Assembly: GCA_963850305.1 (NCBI GenBank)
Contig: CAWKKR010000008.1
Span: 864,001 to 928,000, forward strand
Reading direction: 5' to 3'
Source of the DNA: an uncultured delta proteobacterium
GTDB lineage: Bacteria; Myxococcota_A; Polyangia; Polyangiales; Polyangiaceae
DNA: 64,000 bases
Shown: positions 59,416 through 64,000 of the stretch, piece by piece
Position numbering within the stretch: the stretch's first letter is position 1
Layout of the letters: every line of letters starts with the position of its first letter
Position numbers and translations under genes: made by a program
Notes under the pieces: model-generated
What the model was told of the DNA's origin: nothing
Database searches by the model: none
Seen by the model: the letters and a program-made list of their open reading frames with translations, nothing else

Positions 59416-60426
59416 ATGAGCTCAAGGCGAATCTCCTTCTCCGGGTTCTCGTGCGGCGCTGTCCGCGCCGTCGCCTTCGCGTCGATCTGCGGCCTTACGG
59501 CTTGCGGCAACAAGAATGTGAGCGCGACGTCGACGGTCGACGGCGGTAATCGGAGCGGCGGCACGACGGGGACGAGCGACACCGGGGGAAGCCCCGGAGT
59601 CAGCACGACGGGCAGCGGTGGCTACACGAGCACTGGCGGCTCGATGGGCACTGGCGGCTCGATGGGCACTGGCGGCTCGATGGGCACCGGCGGCTCGACG
59701 GGCAGTGGCGGCTCGAGCAGCGCGGGGAACACGTGCCCTACCCCGTCGAGGTGTACCAACCCGACGTGCACTCAATCGAACGCCGTCTGCAATGTCTCCG
59801 AAGGCAACGGCTGGGACGTCTATGATAACCAGTGGAACTGCGGGAGCGGCAACTGCGGGGGCGGCAACTGCGGGGGCGGGAACTGCGGACCCGAGTCCGT
59901 GAACGTTTGCTCCGGAAGCAGCTGGTATGCCGTTTCGAATCAGGCGGCCGGCAACACGGCGGTATTGTCGTACGTGAGTTCCCAGGAAAATTTCAACAGC
60001 GTACCGCTCAGCTCGTTCAACGACATCACGAGCACGTTCAACGAGACGAGCCCGCACGTCGGCGACTACGAGGCCGCCTATGACGTGTTCTTCAACCCCG
60101 GCAACCAGTATGAAGTGATGGTCTGGGTGGACAACTACAACCAGACCCCGGGCGGAGGCTGGAACGCCGTCGCGAGCAACGTGACGGTCGGAGGGAGCAC
60201 GTACAACGTGTACATCAGCGGGAGCACCATCTACTACGTCGCCGTCACCAATTTCACCTGCGGCGACGTGGATCTCCTCGCGATCTTCAAGGACGCCACG
60301 AACCAGCGGCACTTTCTCCCCGCCAGCGTCGTTCTTCAGCAGATCCAGTTCGGGTGGGAGGTGTGCTCGACCAACGGTCAAGACGCGACGTTCTATCTCG
60401 ACGAGTTCTCTCTCATGCACGACTGA
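59416..60426 (+). CDS. GH12 glycoside hydrolase lipoprotein
   Basis: LTAC lipobox, Gly/Ser/Thr linker, NQWN, VLSY, AAYDVF, YEVMVW, QFGWEV. Confidence 0.87.
   Translation: MSSRRISFSGFSCGAVRAVAFASICGLTACGNKNVSATSTVDGGNRSGGTTGTSDTGGSPGVSTTGSGGYTSTGGSMGTGGSMGTGGSMGTGGSTGSGGSSSAGNTCPTPSRCTNPTCTQSNAVCNVSEGNGWDVYDNQWNCGSGNCGGGNCGGGNCGPESVNVCSGSSWYAVSNQAAGNTAVLSYVSSQENFNSVPLSSFNDITSTFNETSPHVGDYEAAYDVFFNPGNQYEVMVWVDNYNQTPGGGWNAVASNVTVGGSTYNVYISGSTIYYVAVTNFTCGDVDLLAIFKDATNQRHFLPASVVLQQIQFGWEVCSTNGQDATFYLDEFSLMHD
59632..59889 (+). repeat. In-frame coding tandem repeats in the GH12 gene
   Basis: 18-bp actggcggctcgatgggc x3-4 (TGGSMG) and 15-bp aactgcgggRgcggS x3.5 (NCGGG). Confidence 0.85.
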
Positions 60427-60461
60427 CGCGCCCAACCACCGGCCTTCTTCGCGGGCTCGGG

Positions 60462-61526
60462 TCATCTCGCGCCCTGGCTCTTCTTCAGCTCTTCCACCAG
60501 CGTTCGAACGAGCTCCGCGCCGGGCAGCGCGCGCGCCAGGGCAGCACCTTGTCCGGCGAATTGCGGCGCGTATCCCGCGGTGTTCGTGGCGCGGGCCGCC
60601 CGCGCCAGTGCCTTGGTTGCCGAGTAGGCGAGCGGAAAGTCGGGGACGATGTCTCCGGCGAGGTTCGCCACGAAGTCCGTGAGGTGGTTCGCAAGGGCGC
60701 GCGCGGGCCGGCCCGAGCAGGCGCGTGTCATCGAGGTGTGCACGCCGCTTGCGACGAGCGCTCGACGATGTTCGTCGCTGGCGGAAGACTCGGGGCACGC
60801 GATGAACGCGGTGCCGAGCTGCGCGGCGCCCGCGCCGAGCGCGAGAACGGTGGCGACGCCAGCACCGTCCATGATGCCCCCCGCGGGGATGACCGGAACG
60901 CCCGCGTGTTCGACGAGGAGTCGCGTGAGCGCGTGGGTCCCGAGGCGCTCATCGGACGCGTCCGCATCGAACACGCCGCGGTGACCACCGGCTTCGAAGC
61001 CCTGCGCGACAATCGCGTCCACGCCGGCGCGCGCCAGCGTTCGGGCCTCCTCGAGGTTCGTCGCGGTCGCGAAGAGAACGATATTCGAGGCCCGGAGCGC
61101 GTCGAGCGTCGTAACCGGAGGCACCCCGAAGTGGAAGCTGACGACGGGCGGCTTCTCCTCGAGCAGCATGGCGAGCATCGCGTCGTCGTCGAGAAAGCTC
61201 GCGTTCGGCGCGGTCAGCGTCTCGGGGGGTGGGGCGCCGAGTTCGGAGAACAGCGGCGCAAGTGCGGCGAGCCACCGGGCTTCGCGTTCCACATCGGGAC
61301 GAGGGGCTCGATGACAGAAGACGTTGACGTTGAACGCGCGACGCGTGAGCGCTCGAATGGCGCGGATCTGGCGCCGTGCTTCTGCGACCGCCGTCGCACC
61401 GATCCCGATCGAACCGAGGCCTCCCGCGTCGGACACGGCGGCGGCAAGCTCCGGCGTCGAGACGCCCGCCATCGGTGCCAGGACGATCGGCACGCGCATT
61501 TCGAGACGGTCGAAAACGGACGTCAT
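60462..61526 (-). CDS. Nitronate monooxygenase family protein
   Basis: PIVLAPMAG, GGLGSIG, FNVNVF, VSFHFG, QGFEAGGHRG, AGGIMDG, SGRPAR. Confidence 0.93.
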   Translation of the reverse strand: MTSVFDRLEMRVPIVLAPMAGVSTPELAAAVSDAGGLGSIGIGATAVAEARRQIRAIRALTRRAFNVNVFCHRAPRPDVEREARWLAALAPLFSELGAPPPETLTAPNASFLDDDAMLAMLLEEKPPVVSFHFGVPPVTTLDALRASNIVLFATATNLEEARTLARAGVDAIVAQGFEAGGHRGVFDADASDERLGTHALTRLLVEHAGVPVIPAGGIMDGAGVATVLALGAGAAQLGTAFIACPESSASDEHRRALVASGVHTSMTRACSGRPARALANHLTDFVANLAGDIVPDFPLAYSATKALARAARATNTAGYAPQFAGQGAALARALPGAELVRTLVEELKKSQGAR

Positions 61527-61704
61527 GGGCGTCAACATAGCGGCGAACGTTCTGGGCCGCAGGACGGGCGCCCCGCGCAGCGGTGTGTGTAGATTCCTGC
61601 GCACGTCGCGCGAAAGTCACACGGCGTGGTGAAACGGCAACGGCTCCCGTCCGTCGTTCAGGGCGGGCGAGGCCGTTGCCTGCTAATTTTCAAGCGCCTG
61701 ACCT

Positions 61705-61720
61705 GGGCACACCGGTTGCT
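61705..61720 (+). promoter_or_regulatory. sigma54 promoter
   Basis: GGGCACACCGGTTGCT, ~13 nt before ATG 61733. Confidence 0.6.
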
Positions 61721-61732
61721 AGAGGTCGCGGC

Positions 61733-62506
61733 ATGTCCTTGCGTCGCACACTCCTCGTGTTCTTCTCTCTCGCTCTGTGCGCGACAGCGCCGACGCGCGT
61801 CCACGCTGCAACGGACGTGGAAGGGGTCGCGTATGGCGGCGAGACCTCGGGAAACTGGGGCTGTGGGCCCGCGGCGCATGCCGTCTACGGCGGGGTCGGC
61901 GCGCGCGTTCGTGTTTCGGAGAGCTCGGGTCGATTCGGGGGCAGCGGTTACACGGCGGAAGTCGCAGGGGCGGCGGAACACGAGTCGACGTCGATCGAGC
62001 CGTGCGCGACCTGCGACGCGAGCGACGAGATCGCGCCACCGGACAAGGTGATGTTTGGCGCGCACGCACGCGCCGGGTACCAGTGGAAATACGTCGGCGT
62101 GGAAGCCGGGGGCACGGTGTATCAGGGGCTTAGCCACAACACGGACAGCGCGCCGAGCATCGGCTTCTCTCCGGACGCGGAGCTTCGCATCGGGCCGCGT
62201 GAGGTGTTGCGCGGGGTCATCGGAGTGGGGAGTCCGCTCGTGACGACCCTCCGGCGCCCCGGGTTTTACCTGGGTGGCGACGTTGCACTCGGCCCTGTCG
62301 ATCTCGAGGGCCGGCTCGGACAGTATCGATCGGGGCCGGCCATCAACGACTGGCTCGGTCTTCGCGACGTGAGAGGCATTCGCGGGGACCTGGTCGCGCT
62401 CGTTCCCGTCGTTCCACGGCTCGAGTTGCGCCTCGGTGCGAGCGCCAGCCACGACGATTCAGGGCCGGGCGGGGAGGGCAGCATCGGGCTGCAAGGGTCG
62501 CTCTAG
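61733..62506 (+). CDS. Secreted hypothetical protein, possible beta-barrel
   Basis: Signal peptide ending VHA; Gly-rich alternating strands. Confidence 0.7.
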   Translation: MSLRRTLLVFFSLALCATAPTRVHAATDVEGVAYGGETSGNWGCGPAAHAVYGGVGARVRVSESSGRFGGSGYTAEVAGAAEHESTSIEPCATCDASDEIAPPDKVMFGAHARAGYQWKYVGVEAGGTVYQGLSHNTDSAPSIGFSPDAELRIGPREVLRGVIGVGSPLVTTLRRPGFYLGGDVALGPVDLEGRLGQYRSGPAINDWLGLRDVRGIRGDLVALVPVVPRLELRLGASASHDDSGPGGEGSIGLQGSL

Positions 62507-62732
62507 CCGCCTCGAAAGCCGCGCCGACGATGGCGGCTCGGCTCTTCGAGGGCAGCTGGCCGCCCGCCGCTTGCATTCCGGTGACTTCGAAACTTTTCAA
62601 TCCCTCTGCGTGGATGCACCGCGGCGTGATCGCGGCACGCAACCAGGGTACACATTCAAGCATCGGGCGGCGCGCACTCGCTCGATCCTCGCTGGGACGA
62701 TCCAGTTCGATCTCCTATCTTCAAAGGTTCGA

Positions 62733-64000
62733 ATGAAGCTCATCAAATACTTTGCGGCGTTGGTCGGCGTGTCCTTCGCCTTCGGCCCGTGGGCCTGTTC
62801 ACCGAGCACGGGCTCGAACAAGCTGGGGCAGACCAGTGGCTCCGGCGCGAACGGCGCCGGTGCGAACGGCAGCGGCGCGAACGGCGCGGGCGCGAACGGC
62901 AGCGGTTCGACGAACGGGAGCGGAGCGAACAACGGCGCGGGCGCCGGGTTCATCGGCTTCGATACCGGCGGAGGGAGCGGCACACAATCGACGCCCGACG
63001 GCGCTTGCTACGGAACCGCGTCGCAACCCGAACAGATCTACATCGACGCAACCGTCACCGACACGATCACCACGTACAGCCCCGTCGCGGTGTTCATCAT
63101 GCTCGATCGCTCGGGAAGCATGGTCACGGGCTTTCCGACGGGCAGTGCCGCCAGCTGGGGCAACGTGACGAACGCGCTCACGTCGTTCGTGCACGATCCA
63201 TCGTCTCAGAGTCTCGACGTCGGACTCGGTTTTTTCCCGCCGCTGACAGGAGCCGGAAATTGCGACGGTTCGGATTGTGGCGTTCCAGCGGTCGACATCG
63301 GGCCGCTCTCGCAGACGGCTCCGGCCATTGTCTCCGCGATGAACAACGACGCTCCACAGCCCCTGAACTTCACGCCCACCGAGTGCGCGCTCCGGGGCAT
63401 GGAATCGGCGTGCGAGACGTACACCAAGAACTCGAACGGCGAGCAGTGCATCGCCGTGTTCATCACTGACGGCACGCCGGACCAGTGCGACGGCAACACG
63501 ACCAATCTCGCCAACATCGTCGCGGCCGGGCTGACGGCTGGAGTCAAGACGTTCACGCTGCAGCTCCCGGGTGTCACGGATCCGGCGTTCCTCGATCAGC
63601 TCGCGCAGGCCGGCGGCACGGGGCAATCCATCAATGCCTCCACGGGCTCGAACGCGGACATCACCAACGCCCTGATCACCGCGCTCGACACGATCCGCGC
63701 GAAGACCACGACGAGCGAAACGACGCACATCAAGAAGACGATCACGAAGCCGCTCGATTGCCAGTGGAAGATCCCCGCGGCGCCCGGCAGCAACACGTTC
63801 GATCCGCAGAAGGTCAACATGAGTTACATCGACGGCCCCACCAACATCACGACGCCGCTGGGTCATCTGACGCCGTCCGCGGGAGAGACCGCCGTGAACC
63901 CGGCCACGGACTGCAACATCCCTACCCCCCAGGGCGACTATGGCGTCTGGTACTACACGCCGAACGACACGGCACCGACGGAGATCCAGGTGTGCCCGAG
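62733..64000 (+). CDS. vWA-domain lipoprotein (runs off the window end; absent from the ORF track)
   Basis: Manual translation MKLIKYFAALVGVSFAFGPWAC, GANGSG repeats, MIDAS LDRSGSM, TPT, ITDG, WYY...CP. Confidence 0.88.
   Translation, partial: MKLIKYFAALVGVSFAFGPWACSPSTGSNKLGQTSGSGANGAGANGSGANGAGANGSGSTNGSGANNGAGAGFIGFDTGGGSGTQSTPDGACYGTASQPEQIYIDATVTDTITTYSPVAVFIMLDRSGSMVTGFPTGSAASWGNVTNALTSFVHDPSSQSLDVGLGFFPPLTGAGNCDGSDCGVPAVDIGPLSQTAPAIVSAMNNDAPQPLNFTPTECALRGMESACETYTKNSNGEQCIAVFITDGTPDQCDGNTTNLANIVAAGLTAGVKTFTLQLPGVTDPAFLDQLAQAGGTGQSINASTGSNADITNALITALDTIRAKTTTSETTHIKKTITKPLDCQWKIPAAPGSNTFDPQKVNMSYIDGPTNITTPLGHLTPSAGETAVNPATDCNIPTPQGDYGVWYYTPNDTAPTEIQVCP

Noticed and set aside
1..64000. 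tRNA/rRNA genes, prophage, known defence systems
   Set aside because: None recognised by eye; a covariance-model or HMM search would be needed to exclude them.

Overview
High-GC chromosomal window that looks myxobacterial (Polyangiaceae/Sorangiineae-like, inferred from the many Gly-rich lipoproteins, vWA proteins and the ECF/anti-sigma cassette). In order, it contains: (1) a 70-bp REP-like tandem array with a compensatory base-pair change; (2) an IS110-family element whose upstream non-coding end has bridge-RNA-like stems and segments matching the element's own junctions; (3) a di-heme cytochrome c (CX4CH + CX2CH) with a Tat HiPIP, mscL, and a fluoride riboswitch-crcB-DUF190 unit followed by a dehalogenase-like hydrolase; (4) a ~20-kb ion/stress block (S2P-CBS protease, metal ABC, MgtA, P3A H+-ATPase, MacAB-like exporter, CBS proteins, hybrid kinases, a probably dead M19 dipeptidase, host-attachment protein, MFS, nucleotidyltransferase) with seven sigma54-type promoters; (5) a 21-bp array; (6) a thioester alpha-2-macroglobulin with a GspG-like insert; (7) an uncharacterised lipoprotein coupled to a MauG/CcP-family di-heme enzyme; (8) polysaccharide export/acylation genes, a third P-type ATPase and a paralogous kinase; (9) vWA lipoproteins, an ECF cassette and GH10/GH5/GH12 lipoproteins among metabolic genes. 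Five genes carry single-base +1 frameshifts that may be sequencing errors. All calls come from reading motifs by eye; no database search was run.
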